From Podarcis erhardii (lineage: Eukaryota), in NCBI GenBank assembly GCA_964252035.1, contig OZ176200.1: a stretch of DNA of 64,000 nt; one strand, written 5' to 3'. Under the pieces are notes generated by a model. The model had not been told where the DNA came from and searched no databases. It saw nothing but the letters and a program-made list of their open reading frames with translations. A program made the translations under genes and the position numbers. Of this stretch, positions 22,501-37,800 are shown piece after piece (within the stretch, counting starts at the first letter, position 1; the number at the start of each line of letters is the position of its first letter).

Positions 22501-25500
22501 TTATTTTGCAAGTTTCCATCACAGCCAGATGAAAAAAAAAAAACATTTTGCTAAAATTTTGCCACATTTTAGTATCTGCAGAACTGCATGCAAACATAGA
22601 TGTTTATGCTCCTGAGTGCAGGCTAATACTAATTTCAAAATACTTGGGCCTAGGATAAGGACTTTCACATGATGAGGGCAGGAATAGGCCTCAGACATTC
22701 CTGACAACACACAAATTAAGAGCTTGTTATGAGCTAGGTGAACTGAGCTTATAATACACACATTAATCATCAGATACAGGTGTTTCTTTCAATTCCTTGT
22801 GGGTTGGGAAGAAAACACTGATAGGCAAAACGTTCACATGGGGACTCCTGAGGACAAATCCCAGGCCCAAACATGTAATAACAGGAATCTTACAGAGCAC
22901 CAAAAAACTGATGTGCCTCTGGCTTGCCTATGCCGACTGGCAGCAGCTCTCCAGGGTTTATGGGGAACAGAGAGGAAATTCAGCCAATAGTTGTCCAGGT
23001 ACAGTTCTTACCTGTGTGGCTTCAGGTTGGACAGGAACCTGGGTGGACTGCGCAAGCCTTGATTCAGTATGAACTGGAAATACAGTAATATTACCCATAA
23101 TAAAATAGTGTGTGTATGAGATGTTATCTGAACTACTGTCTGTTTAATATAAGCTTATACATTTCTGCTGTAGAATACTGCATTGAAATTAAACATTCGT
23201 TTTCCACATAAAACCTAATAGCTGCAAGCACAGCCTCAGATTGTATCCGATTTTTTATTAATCAACTACTTGCTCTTTGTTCAGTATTTACAAGCCTGCC
23301 ATCAAACAGACTTCACTAGAATATAAAAATTAGTTCACATCCTACTAGCCTCACTTGAAAACCTAGAAGATGACAAATGTTTCTACCAATCAACTCCCTT
23401 GACAATAATGCACATTTCTAGATTTAGATTTCTGAATTTTTAGTAACTTAGTAGTTCCAACTATACCAAAATCTTACTCCAACTAGATATTAATTTGATT
23501 TTACCAACCTGGAGGGCAAACCATCTGGGGTATATCCAAGTTTTGTGCTGCATTCATAGGCTGAGCTGAAACAATAGCAGGGTCGAGGGCCTGATTCTCA
23601 AATTCCAACATGGAGTCCTAGATAAGTAAGACAAGATTCAAGCAAACTACACAAGAAACAAGATCCCTTCAAAAGTACCATATATACTCGAGTATAAGCC
23701 AATGTTTTCAGCACATTTTTTATGCTGAAAAAGCCCACCTTGGCTTATACTTGAGTGAGGCGGGTGGCGGCGGCGGCAGAGGGACGAGCGACCCGAAAGG
23801 AGCCCTTTCTTGCCGCTGGTCCCGCCACCTCTCACAAGGGCAGGCACAGGAGCCACGGTTGGGAGAGGTGCTGCGCTGTGCCTTTCGGGCTGCTTGTTCT
23901 TCCTCCGCCGCTGCCGCCACCACCAGGTTTGTGGTGTCAATAAGTTTTCCCAGTTTTTTGTGCTAAAATTAGGTGCCTCAGCTTATATTTGGGTCGGCTT
24001 ATACTCAAGTATATACGGTAACCAGCAAGCCAGCCAGGGCTGACCTCTCTGAATTAAATGAATGCAAGTGAAATGTGCCCAATTTCAACTGGACTGTAAT
24101 TCCCGAGAATCCCTTTTGACCAAATCCAACTATGAATAAGGAAAATAACATACCTGCATGAAGTTGTAGGGGCCTTGCATTTGTGCCATAAGGTCCTGTA
24201 CTCGTTGTCTCCTAACAAGAGGATCTGCTTGAGCCACAGCAGTAAGCATATGGGCATCTGGAACTGGAGGAGATGTAGCCTGTGGCTGTTGCTGGAGCGA
24301 ATTTACCACCTACATCAGAAATGGCCAACACTGAGAGTCAGTCTGTCAGTTTCAGCTACTGGCCCACTATTATTATCACAACCGCTAAACTGGATGTGCA
24401 AAATATGATATGTAAAAGAATGCATTTCCTGCAAAGGAAAGCATTCTCTTTTAAAAATGAGTGTCATAACTTAGTATCGCTGTTTGTTCAGCTTCACTAA
24501 AGATAGAGAAGTGAAAGTTGGCTGTAGTGAAAGTCGAGGGCACTAACACCTGACAATCCACCACTGAAACCCCTTTATTGTCAGCATCTATTTTGCTCAC
24601 ATGCTTTTGATGTTGATTGGTAATATAATGAATAATGTTAATTTTAATCCAGACTGACAAATAATCTAATGGGTTCTGCTTGTGTTCAAGAATCTTTATC
24701 AAACATTCCCACTCATCAGTTATTCTGCAGGAATATGAGGAAAACTGGCTCTGATGTTGTGCACAGTATATAAATGCAGTTCTTTCCTCTGCAAGAATAT
24801 ATGTTGCAAGATCAAAGCAAAAAGGGAAATGTATCAACAGAATTAATGTGTGTTCCTTGAAAATATGTAAAATGTGCCCATGCGTTTTGCAACTGCGTGC
24901 ATGCATGCTGCTTTTAGAATGCAATTGCATTTTGACATTTGAGGCTTTGAATAGCTGTAAGGCAAGGCTTGACGTTCAGTTGTGCATTGAATTATTTCCA
25001 TTCTTCAAGAAAGATTTCAAAGTTCTTTTTGCCTTTTGCAGAATCAGGAAATATTGGACTGGAGATACTTTATTTTAAGGAACTTTATACTACAAATGCC
25101 TGTGGAGAAAATGGAAGGTGAAACTTGAGCAGTGTTACTAATAAAGTTGTTTCCACAGGAAACAGGTGTTCGTGTGTATAAGTTGCTCAAAGTATATCTA
25201 CAATTAGCCCTATAGCATCTAAAGCAGTGATAGGAAATTTCTGATTCTCCAGATGTTGTCCCAGCAAACCCAGCCAGCATCGCCCACAGTCTGGGACAAT
25301 GGAAGGCATAGTCCAGCAACAGCTGGAGAGCCAAAGGACATTCAACCCTGCTCTGATTAAACACTTGTGGTGCCACAAGTTAGAGGCATTAAGGCAAGCA
25401 ATGCAGTTTTAAATAGTCAAGGAATCACCAGCATTATCCAATACTTTCAAATTTTATAAGATTGAACTCCAAAATAGAGTGGACTTCAAAACCTGGTTAT

Positions 25501-25817
25501 CCCAGAACCAACATTTAAAGTCACATCATGGCTCAAAATGCACTGGTAATACTGCTGTAGTAATGTAACTTGTACATATATTTCATTGCACTTTTTATTC
25601 TATTTAAATTTAGCTCTTTTTTGTCTACTAATGCAGACATTTGGGGCTAGGTTTCCTGCCAAAAGGTTTTCTTCTAGTGCTAGAAAGTTCTGAGTGTTTC
25701 ACTGAGCATGCAGAATCCATATGTGAGACTGCAGAGACCATGAAGAATTAAAATAGCTTTAATATTCTTATTATCCAGAATTTCAAGTGTAACATTTTAA
25801 TCTCAAGAACAGGAGAA

Positions 25818-25857
<40 letters not shown>

Positions 25858-28800
25858 ACAATCTTAGGTAACAATTCTTCTTTTTTAAAAAACTATTTCA
25901 TTTGATAACCATCAACATTTATCACAGATAGCCTGGCAACTACAAATGTTAAATGCGTGTGGCTTTTAATGATATATTGAAATTCCACATAAAATGCTGC
26001 ATCCTGGCTTTAAGGTAGATGAACAAAATGTTACAAAGTCTACTTCAGATAGTCAACTGACAGATGCACCATCTCTTCAAAGGCTGAAGACAACTGTGGA
26101 CAAAGCTGTAAAAATTACAATTAGTTTATATTCTAGAGTTAGAGTGAACCAATGTTTTATAGAGTTCTACCATTCTGAAAACATCTGTTCTCCCTAATGG
26201 ATGGGTTCATTCCAATTTGTTAATGGAAACTATCTTAGGACAAACAGCATGCTGTAATTAGTCTTCCAATACCAGCAATACAAAGACTCCTGGAATATCA
26301 ATATAAATCTCAATTACACTATTTTACATATGGGAAGGTTTAGTGACTGTAGGAGAAAATTATAAAGCAGCAGTAGAGCGTTTAATAACAGATATAGGCT
26401 TGGATCCCCTTCCTGCTCACTTCAACCCCCTGCTCAATCTAAAAAACTACTTCTAAGTCTCAGATTCTACAGAAGAATGTCAGAAGTAGTACTGAGAGCT
26501 ACAGAGGAAGTGGGATACTGGCAGAAATAAGAGGATGGAACTTGTATAAACACCTTTGTATCTGAGCCATTTTCTTCGAACTTGTCAGTCTACTTTTAGT
26601 TGTGTACTAGCTTATGAAATGTGATTTAGTTTACATACTGAATTTTCGAAATTAACTGTGGGCAATAGCTAGCACTGACAAGGGGACTACCAGCTCAATC
26701 ATGCTAAAAGACCACAATTCTCTTTAGATTTACAGCTGCATTCAAGCTACGAGGGAATGAAAACAGATTGTAATGTTACCTAAACATTCAGAACACCTTA
26801 CCTCAACAGTTTCAACTGTCCACTCATCTACCTGTTCCTTCTCACTACTGCTGAACTGAGTCTCTGCCATGAACTGTCTGTTTACATACTAAAATAAAAG
26901 TGAGAGAGTACAACAGTAAGACAGTAGCATTCATTTTTAAAAGGTGCCTACAATCTTTCCACTGTTTAGTACCTCTGTTGATTCAACTTCACTGGGTTCA
27001 GTGTATTCTTCCGTTGGTTCTGGCTCTAAGAGGAAAATACATGATTTTAGGTAATGCTATACTGAAACATAATACATAACTTTTAGTTTACCGTTACCTT
27101 ACAATTTTAATTTACTATTAACAATTTTAGTAGAGAAACATTCATACAAGAAACCACTTTTTGCAGTGTTCTGAGCTTATATTTGGTGCTTTTGTTTGCT
27201 ATTTATTTGGGGGTTTTTATTTTGAAGCTTTTTCAGTTAATTTGTTTTTGCGACTGTGTGGATCCCAGTTCAGAAATTGATTGATTGATTGATTGATTGA
27301 TTGTGTGACTGCAGAAATGTATAAAAGCCCCCCCATCCAAACAATGACTATCATCAGTGCAGGTAAGAAATTTTTTTATTTTTATTTTTATCATCTACAA
27401 TACTGTTTTATTTATTTTATAGTACAGTATGTTGTTTATTGCTTTCATTTGATGGATCAATGGTCTCGTAAGATAGTAAAATTCATGTTAAATTGCTGTT
27501 TTAGGGGTTGTTTTTGAAAGTCTGGAACGGATTAATCAGTTTTGCAATACTTGCTATGGGAAAGCACGCCTTGGTTCTGGAACTCTTTGGTTTTGGAACA
27601 GACTTCCGGATGTTTGAGAACCAAGGTACCACTGTAGTTAAATTTTAAGTACTTAAGAATTTAGTATGCATACAAGACGAAGGTTGGTCATAATAAGCAC
27701 CCTGTAAAGGAAACATACCCACACTACAAACTTTATCTGGTTTAGAGAACTACAGGTTGTTTGGGGAAAGCCATAGAAAGTTTTTTTAAATCAGTTTAAG
27801 TTTGTAGGATACATATAACCAGTTACACAAGATTCTAGTTTTGTTTTCCATGGCCGGCTCCAATAAAATAGTAAAGGTTTCAGTAAGCCTATAAATCTAC
27901 TGAAGTTGCAATTCTATGCACATTAACTTGGAAATAAAACACATTAACAAGCCTAGGATTAGGCTCCAAATATATTTTTTTAGTTACCAGTTTCTGCAAC
28001 AGCATCTTCAACTGTAGGTGCAGACACCGTCTCCTCTTCTTCACATAATCCATTCTGCTGGTTGTGAGTGTCAAAGTAACTTGTTTGAAGAATACGTTCA
28101 ATAACTTCTCTTAGGGCTTTATCTGTTATAAAAACACATATATTTTTAAAACTGTTTCACCCACTAAATACCTGAGCATTTTAATTTTATCAAATTATTT
28201 TATTATTATAACACTAACAAAGGGCATTGCAGATACCTTGCACTACCTACAGCACAATGATCTATTTTGCAAATTTCTGCATTGTTTATTTTTAAATAAG
28301 GACTTTACTTAAGATGAAAGTCATTGTATGTAAATCCAAATTCTTCAAGAATAAATTTGTGTATCAATGGATGATGCACACACAATTCAACAAATTAGAA
28401 TTTTGGCTCTTCAGTGTTTCTGGAAGTTTAAAACTATCTAAAGCCTACATGCAGGAATAAGAACTGACTTGTTAACTTTCACTAACATGAGAATGGAAGA
28501 AAGGCACATGATAGAATAAAAACGAGAATTACTTGTCTAAAGGTTAATGTTAATCTTACCCACTGAAATCAATGGCTCCGAGTAACGTAAGTACATTGCT
28601 TTCAATGGGTCTACTCAAAGTATGACTTGGTCAGGTATTATCCTAAGTAGCCATGCCACATATTAAAATAGGCAAGGGCAAAAATAAATCATCTGAAGAG
28701 AGAAAAGGAAACAGAACCTCTACAGAAGAATGAGACAATTTTTCTGTGGTGTTAAATGGTGCAATTTGTCTGTCACTGAAGCCACAGGTGTATGAAGTAT

Positions 28801-31800
28801 AAGAAAAAAACTGATAGGCCAAGCTCAAGCTTAAATAGAGGAACTGAGTAGTCAGGACTAAACTAAGGTCTCAAGTAGGTAGAGGATCCCAGTAAATGTC
28901 TGTAATGAACAACATTTTGAGAAGGGTGTGAACTTGTAGCACCATGCAAGACAACAGGTACTGATAGGTATTTGTATACTATTTTGACAGATAAAGCAAA
29001 ACAGGATCAGCAGAGAAGAAACAGCATTTTTTGCAAAGAAAGGATATGGACAATGGACATAAACCTACAGGAACCTCTCAATAGAAAGGACTTTGATATG
29101 AAGTGATCACAAATTCTAAGGTATACACTTTACTGATGATCCTGAGTGAAGAGGAACACAGCAAACCTGCTCAAATATGTGGGAGGTAACTATTCGGTCT
29201 TGGTCAATCAGACCAACATGCAGTACGGACAGTCGTCTCCACTGAAATGCTACCTTGATGCTCGCCAAAGGCAAATTCAAAGCTCTGGGTGAAGTGACTA
29301 CATGTTGACACTTGAAAAGGACAAGAAGTATATGCCTAGCAATGATATAATTGTAACTTGAGTATGCTTTTGCAGGTGGGATAGGAAGGCACAGGGGCAA
29401 AAAATTATCAGTTGCATCTGAACAATCTTGACAATTCTGCCAAAAAATGCCATGGCATAATAAGCAGTCTAGGGATCGAACAATCCCCTAGACATGATAG
29501 GCACCTATTGTGCATTTCCAAGGAACAGAAAAAGCTGTTGAGTTCATATTTCTAAGTTCCAGCCTTCCCCAAGGATTCAGTAGAAGCATGTATGAGTGAT
29601 GCATCCCTGCAAAACTCTTAAGACATCTTATAAATAAAATGTAGACAGAGACAGCAATGCAGAAGTGTTTAGAAAGTTGTGTTCAAACCAACAACTGTTC
29701 ACTTAATACCAAGTTGAATTTTCCCAGTTAAAGTGGCAGACAGAAGGTTTAAGACACAAAAAGAAATACATTGTGACACAAAGCACTTCCCCCACTGAGA
29801 CAACAAAAGGAGAGAGCTCCTTCAATGACAGGAAGCCATAGCATTCAGGAGAGCAGTTTCCATACACAGAGACAGTACCTCCAAATAACACTAAGTAGTA
29901 GTGTTCAGCAACCACATGTACTGTGTATTTATGTCCTGTCTGAGAGCTATGCAGATCACTCATGAGACCTAGCATAGCAAAATTAGCAGGTCATCCTATA
30001 GGTGGCTTAATCTAAACACAAACATCCTGGACTCAATTTTACATATGCACTGCAAATTAATATTATGGGAGATAAACTATGATCTCAATCACTAAACCAG
30101 TAACTGAAACATGAAAACTATTTAAACCTAGATTATTAAAATGACAAACAGTTTCAACACACAAGTTGTACCCTTTAAACAAAAATAGCTTAGATAAACT
30201 TTTAATGATAAAATTCCTCAGCAAATATGACTAAATATAGTGATTTAAATACACTACTCTTGATTTGGTTTTTGATTACATACTTCCAAATATATCTTCT
30301 ACCATAGCTTCTTTCAGCCACTGTAACAGTTAATTATTTTTGAAATAATGTTCTCCACTCCTTTAACTGAACAATTCTTCAGAAGGCTCTGGATTTATAT
30401 AATATACCAACTATGACTGTATACAGCAATCCCATACCTTTTATGTATGACCACATTGCACTTAGGCATCTGTATGCTGTACATGGGAGATTCCATCAAA
30501 CCATCTGAATCTAGTTTCTTTTAGTGTATTTGCTGCAAAATTTTGCTACAGCTATCAGTTACTACTTGATAGGCCTGTGAAATTATCTGTTTTACTACGT
30601 CAAATGAAACTTTGAAAGGCTTTTTTGCTAACCCAATTTCTGGAAAGCAAGTGTTGCTAAGCGGTCACAAAATACTGATGAACAAACGGAAACCAGCAAT
30701 GGTTTTCATTAAGTGCTGAGTAAGGTTACATGATAATAGAATACAATGTGCTGTAAATTAGCATATTGTCAGCTATTCAGCTACTATATAACCACTGACA
30801 CTGGAAATAGCATGTAACAGAATCATTGTGAATACTCTAAAAGCTTGGTATTTGAAGTGCTACTTTAGATCTAATGTTAAGAAAGATAAACATACTTACA
30901 AGTTGTTCCACATACAGGCTTTTCCTTCCCTTCCAGTAAGTCCCACAGATGAATTGATGCCTGTTCATACTGTTCACTCAACCTTCAACAAAAATATTAA
31001 TGGAAGCATAAGATACCTCAAACATTTGCAAATGTTGCAAAGGAGATTAATTGGATTGTTTCATTAACCATATCAGAATCATTCTGGCAATCACAATACC
31101 TCACATTCATGTCCCGTTCAGGTTCAACTAGCTTGTAAAATTCATCTAGTGTTGACAGTTCCGTCTCTGTTAATACCGGCACTCCATTTGTTCCTTGCTT
31201 TAGGTCATTTCGCACTTCATCGTCACCCAATTTGTCCAAAATAAACTGCAATTCAAGTACTGTTTTTAAACGTTTTTGCTCAGCTTCTTCTCTCATTAGT
31301 TGTTCCCGTCGAGCTGTCTTCTTTATTGTTTTTTGAATCTAGTAATAAAGTACACTAGGGTTAACAATTAACTGTGACCAGTTTAAACTGTTACCCTCTC
31401 TTCACTTATGAATGAACAAAAAGTAAAATATTCCCAGTTTTATCAGCATTTCAAATATTCTCAATGTTTCCCAGAAAGTTTTATGGAATGTGGACAAACA
31501 GGTATGCCAGCTGTCTTTCTCTACTTCCATTCTTCCCAGTCCATTGCTGAAGTCCTCCACTCCCCATCATCTGTGGTTTACCACCTTTCTAGAACTGTAT
31601 CTCTGCCTCACATACTGCACTGCAGCATCATGCACTATCATCTAAAATAAGACTGAAGCATAATGGAACCAGACTGCTGGAACTTATCAAAAACGTCTAA
31701 AGAGATTCTAGAAAACCTGTTTTAATATCTGCATAATGTATGTGAAGACTACATAGGATCACAGACATTTTTAATCTTTCAACGTTTGCGATCTCAACAA

Positions 31801-34800
31801 TAGAAGAAAAATCAACTTTTGACTCATGTTGTCCTCCTCTATTCCTTCTTTTCAGCAGAGCTATGCCAATTTAAAACAACAACAACACCGGATTAAAGGA
31901 AAGGATTTATCATGATTTAAAATGTAAGAAAAATCAGCCCAACACTGCTACTACATACATGAAAGATGGGGGGGGGGATTTTATCCACATCAACCATATT
32001 TTAGGAACGTCATTCACAGGTACCACATTCATTTTGACCAACAGCACAATCCTAACTAACCATGCCTACTCAGAAGTCCTACTGAAATCAATAGGCCTAC
32101 TCCCAAGTAAGTGGAATCAGGAGTGCAGTCTAAAACGTTAAACATGAACAGAGAAAAAAAATCTCCCTGTCCAGTTCACAAATCACGGTCAAACCATGGC
32201 TTGGGAACATGGTGAGTGCTCATTTTATTTCACCTTGCTAAAATGATTCCCTTTTCCACTTCCTGATTCACAGTAGTCAGTTTGCCATGACACATAAAGC
32301 AGTTTGTTGCCTCTATGCAGCCTGTGCCCTAAGTGTCGTCTGAACTGAACCATCAACTTTTTACTTACATCCTGGCTCAGGGCCATGAAACTCCTCTGCA
32401 GTTCCTTAGCAAATTCCAGGTTATTACTGACTTCTTGGTGCTTGGACACAGCATCCTGGGGGAAGGAGGAAAATTAATGTTGCCTCTTTTGAAGTTTGAA
32501 AACTTGGAAGACTTTCCCAGCTTTAATCCTCAAAAAAGAAATCTACTGTACGCTAGTCTTTACTTTAGTGTATAGACTTTCCTCCTAGTCATTTGCATAG
32601 AATAGTTCCATATTTTCCCTAATGGCAGAGTGTGTATAGATATGGTTACAATGCACCTCCGCTGAATATAATAGAATATAATAATATAAAGTACTGTTAT
32701 TAAGGTCTCTCATTATCCATGATAATGCAACAATTAGAACAGAATAAAAGAACAAGGGCTAAAAGAAGCCAATCTCTTATGAAAAATCTTTCAATATCTC
32801 AGTCAAAACATTTACCAACTGGTCTTGGTTAAGGCGTTCTCCTTTGTTCATTCGATCCTGATAATCATCAAGTTTGCCCTGTAAAGAAAGAAAAAAGTTT
32901 CACAATATATATACCTCAAACAAATTTAAATGGAACTGACTGTTATATACTTTATAGAACACAGAAGTCCAGTTTTCCATGTTCCCTTGTTTAACAGGAG
33001 AAATCAAGTGAAATTATTCAGAGAGAAAATATCACAAGAGTTTTCTGAGATTAGGTATTTATTTATGAACCACTAGAATACATCTGGTAAACAAACAGTA
33101 CTAGGATGACATTTGTATTATTTCTTAAAATATAATATGCATTTTCCCAATTTAAAAAGAAAAACAGCTATACTGTAACCTTAAAGGGAGTAGACATGTA
33201 CCGTAAGATCAAAGTTTAAATGTTTATCTGACCATGCAACATTGTATCGAACTGCTGAAATAAATGAGTTATTTATTAGCTGCTTTTCAGGGCCAGGATG
33301 TTATAAAGCAACATACAAAGAAAAGAAAGGCAACATAACAGGGCAGTGTGAAGCACAAACAGATACATACTGAATTAAGCACCAAAGTTCTCTTATAGAA
33401 ACGCAACAGAAAAGGATATGGTGCTATTCCAACATTAGTCCCATTAAAATCAATGGTTAGCACTTAGTATGACTTAGCTGGATATTACCCTTAAGTTTTG
33501 AAGGAGTTACCGAATGCCAGAAATTAAAGAGACAAACAAATATTAACTGGAAGAAAATTCCACAACTGTGGGGCCACTACCAAGAATGCTCTGTATCATG
33601 TGTTCGCCACCCTAGCAGGATAACTCAAAAGCTGATAAAATTATTGAAGTTATATAATTCAGGCTGCAATCCTACACAAACTTACCCAGGAGTAAGCCCC
33701 ATTCCATTCAATGGTGTTAGCTTCTGGGTAGCCATGTGTAGGCTTGAGCTTACAGGCTTTATAGAATAGTTTAAGGAACACATTACATTTGTTTGTTTTA
33801 ACTTGTTCCACAACTTTTTGAGGGTTTTTCTTCCGCTTTCCATTTTTAGCAATTCTTTGCAATATCCAACTTGTCATATGCAAAGTAGACGCATTGAAAT
33901 AAAAGTTACTAAAGTTGCTTACGTCCACAGATTTCAACGCGTCTTTGTCTGATATCACCCATCCTTCCCCACACAAACACACAGATTCCATATGCAACAT
34001 TCACAACACAGAGAACCTCAAGCATTGTACCTGCCCAGGGGATTATTATCACACAAAGCAGTTTTATGTAGGCTCCTTATAGGACCAGTTATATTAAAAT
34101 TAATCATTTTGCTTTGAGTAAGAAATACTGTCATCTAGTTCTTTTCTTTAGGGTAGTATACTGTAGAATCATGAGTTGCAGGAAGTATCAAAGGTCATCC
34201 TGTCCGACAAAGCAAAAATCCATTACCATAACATTCCTGATAGGCAGCTAGCCAGCCTCTGCTTTTATCTTAAAGGAGAATCCATCACCTCCTGAGACTA
34301 TAGTAATGTAAAATGTTCTTTCTATCATTTAGTCATATTTTATTTCTAATTTGATTCTAGTGGTATAGGTTCTACTTCCTTGAAGTGACAGAGAAACAAA
34401 TCTGCTGCATCCTTTATGTGAATGTCCTTCAAATATTTGATTTTTGTATCACCTCTTAAACAGTCACTTGTTCACCCAATTTCTTCAACCATTCCTTCTA
34501 TGACTTGGTGTCCAAACCCCTCAACTTATTTATCCCCCTTCTCTGGACATATTCCAGTTTGTCAATATCCTTCTTAAACTGCACTGCCCATTATCAGACT
34601 TAGTATTCCAGATGAGATCTGATAACGGCAAAATAGGGATACCACCACTTTTCATGATCTGGACATTGTAAAATTGTTTTAGCCTTTCAAACAGCAGTTT
34701 TGTGCTGGTGACTCGTTTTTAGCTAGATCCTAATCCTAATCTACGTACCTTCATGGTGCTTGCCAGATGTTGAATTGTCCAACACCAATCATCTCTGACC

Positions 34801-37800
34801 ACAGGACATGCTGATAGAAACTAGAGTCCCAACAACACTTGGGGGCATTACATTGGCTATCCATAGAATCTTTTTATACATACTATTGTTAAACTAGGTT
34901 CTACCTACCAAAATACATGAATTTTTTCACTGTTGCCAAGGGTCAGCTCTAGAGTAGCTCTTCTTTTTGCCTGTTCTTCCATCTTCTGGAAGATCAAGTT
35001 GTCAACCAAGTTTCATTCTTTTAATAATCTGCCAGTTAATATTTATCCTCATTCCAAAACATTTTCAACTATTAACCTCCTTTCTTGAAATATCCAAATG
35101 CGCCTTACTAGTCCTGAATGACTCCTTCCAGTTTTGATAAAACGGTGCTGTATCCTTTCACTAATGTAGGTTTGCCTATTCCAAAAAGTGAAAATCCAGA
35201 CAGATTTATTTTTAGTGCTGAGCTTTTTTTAGTTTTGCCCGAAGTTGTGGCTGCAGTATTTCAGATGTGTCCGGACATTTGGCAACCCTAACTAAAGAGA
35301 AGCCTCTTCCACTCATAGATCCCAGTCTTCAGATTCAGGAGAATAGCACTTTGTTAGAAAAGTAATTCAAAATCCAGAGGAATGAATCTGTTTGTGCAGA
35401 CTTTTGTATAATAATTTGCAAAAGCTCATTCTCAGTATCTTTATGGTCTGCTGGTTTACACACAACTATCTGTGTGTCCTTATTCACTGCTTCTTGTGCC
35501 ATATGCTAACTGTGATACATTGTGGCACTGAACTGTACTTCTACCTCTTGCATAGGAACTCACAAAACACTGAATTTCCCTCTTATTAAGGACTTCCTCT
35601 CTGCATTGCTGCAAATTATTGTACTTAAAAACAGTGTATCAGGCAATAAATTTCAATTGTCCATGGGAACTAATCAGCAAGATTACCAATTCAAATAATC
35701 TAAAAATGAGTGTTCCATGTGCCTTCATTTCAGTGCTTTTTGTAGACCAATTGTTCTCAAGATGCCAGGTCTAGCCTTTCTGCAATCCAGAAGTGAACAT
35801 GTAATAAATTTTGGACTTCTGCTTTCTGAACAACAGCTATCTCTCCTCCACCCCACCCCCACCATGCTACAAGGCAAATCTATTTGGAAACGGAAGAAAG
35901 TTTCAAAGGCAATCTGGTACAGAGGGCCTGTCATTTAAAGAAAAATGCTTAACTTTCACTAGGCGTGCTAAAATAGCTCTTGGTATCCGAGCTGAAAATG
36001 TGTCAATAACCATAGTATACAAACCTGTTGTTTATGAAGACACTCCTGGTTTGTACTATTAACTGTACTCAGTGCTCATTCACACCTAGACTGTGATTAA
36101 AGCCAGGATGAATTTGTAGGTGGGTAGGTAGGTACAGAGCAGGTAGACTATTTTGCCGCACCACATGTGTAATACAGCAAATGCAGTATTTGCGGAAGAG
36201 ACTGGAGAAAGCATGCAAGCATGCAGCAAGATCCCCTAATCATGGTTGTAAAGTAAACATTTTACATCTGTATGAGGCCAATAACCTAGTACAGTGGTAG
36301 CTCGGGTTACAGACGATTCAGGTTACAGATGCTTCAGGTTACAGACTCCGCTAACCCAGAAATAGTACCTTGGGTTAAGAACTTTGCTTCAGGATGAGAA
36401 CAGAAATCGCGCGGCAGCGGCACAAGGCCCCATTACCTAAAGTTGCACCTCAGGTTAAAAACAGTTTCAGGTTAAGAATGGACCTCCAGAACGAATTAAG
36501 TTCTTAACCTGAGGTACCACTGTACAGTGGAACCTTGGTTCTCGAACGGCTTAATTGGCTAACAAATTGACTTCCGAAAGGCAAAAACCCGGCAGTAAGT
36601 GTTCTGGTTTTTGAACGTTTTTCAGAAGCCGAATGTCCAATGCGGCTGCCAGCTATTGTTTCCAGGGCGCCTGCCCCAATTGGAAGCTGTGCCTTGGTTT
36701 TTGAACGTTTCTGGAGTCGAATGGATTTACGAAGTGGCTTAAGTTCGAAACCAAGGTTCCACTGTAATGTAGTACAGTGGTACCTTGGTATACAAACTTA
36801 ATCCATTCTGGAAGTCCGTTCTTAAACCAAAGGATTCTTAAACCATGGCGTGCTTTCCCATAGCAGCGGGGGACTCAATTTACAAATGGAACACACTCAA
36901 CATGTTCTGCTTCCAGGCAAAGTTCACAAACCAAAACACCTACTTCCGGGTTTGCAGTGTTCTTAATCCAAGTTGTTCATAAACCAAGCTGTTCTTAAAC
37001 CAAGGTACCCCTGTAATATTATTTAACTCTCCTACTACGTGTCCTATGAGTACACCTAGCCGCTCCACTTTTAGAAGAATTTTAGGAACAAACAACTATA
37101 CAAATAAAATGATGAAGAATCCACAGAGTCTCCCCCTCCTGCTGTGACCAGCTCCCCTTCCCCATGTCTCCTAGAACTTGCAGAGAAATGAAACTGGAAG
37201 AGCAGAAGGTGGTTGTGCAGAGACGCAGCCTGATACTTCATGGGAAAGACCCTGGAGAGGAGGCATCTTAGTAGACACTAGGAAAGTAGGGGCCTTTAGT
37301 CCTCGCAACTACTTCATCAGAGCAAGACCTCCTAGAAAGCGTTGCTGAGACCACTAGGCCTGAGCTGTGATTTGTTTCCTTGAATATTTAACTGCACTGG
37401 CCTCAGGTGATTTATCATTTGTGTTGCTGACTCTAGCCTTGACAGTTGATTACACCCAATTCTCTCTTTTCCATTGGATTCCAGTGTTTAATGTCTGTAA
37501 CAGGTGGATTAGGACCAACAAATTGAACCTTCATCCAAACAAGACAGAGGTGCTTCTGTTCAATAGATAAACCAATCTATGATAGGAATTCATCCTATTT
37601 GCATGGGGTTGCATTCCCATTGAAGTTTCAGGTATCTAGTCTATGGTAGTTCTTGATCCAGCTTGCTGAGATGTCAGGTGTTGGCAGGCGTGCCTTAACC
37701 ATCCTAGCTGGTGTGCCCATTCCTAGAGGTGTCCAATGACACACACCTTCAATTATATCCAGATTTACTATTGCAATGCACTCTACATAGGCATGCTTCT

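Noticed and set aside
20725-31296. ORF-track entries 20725-20976, 21763-22047 and 31018-31296 as separate genes
   Set aside because: They are CAPRIN1 exons read through into the flanking introns.
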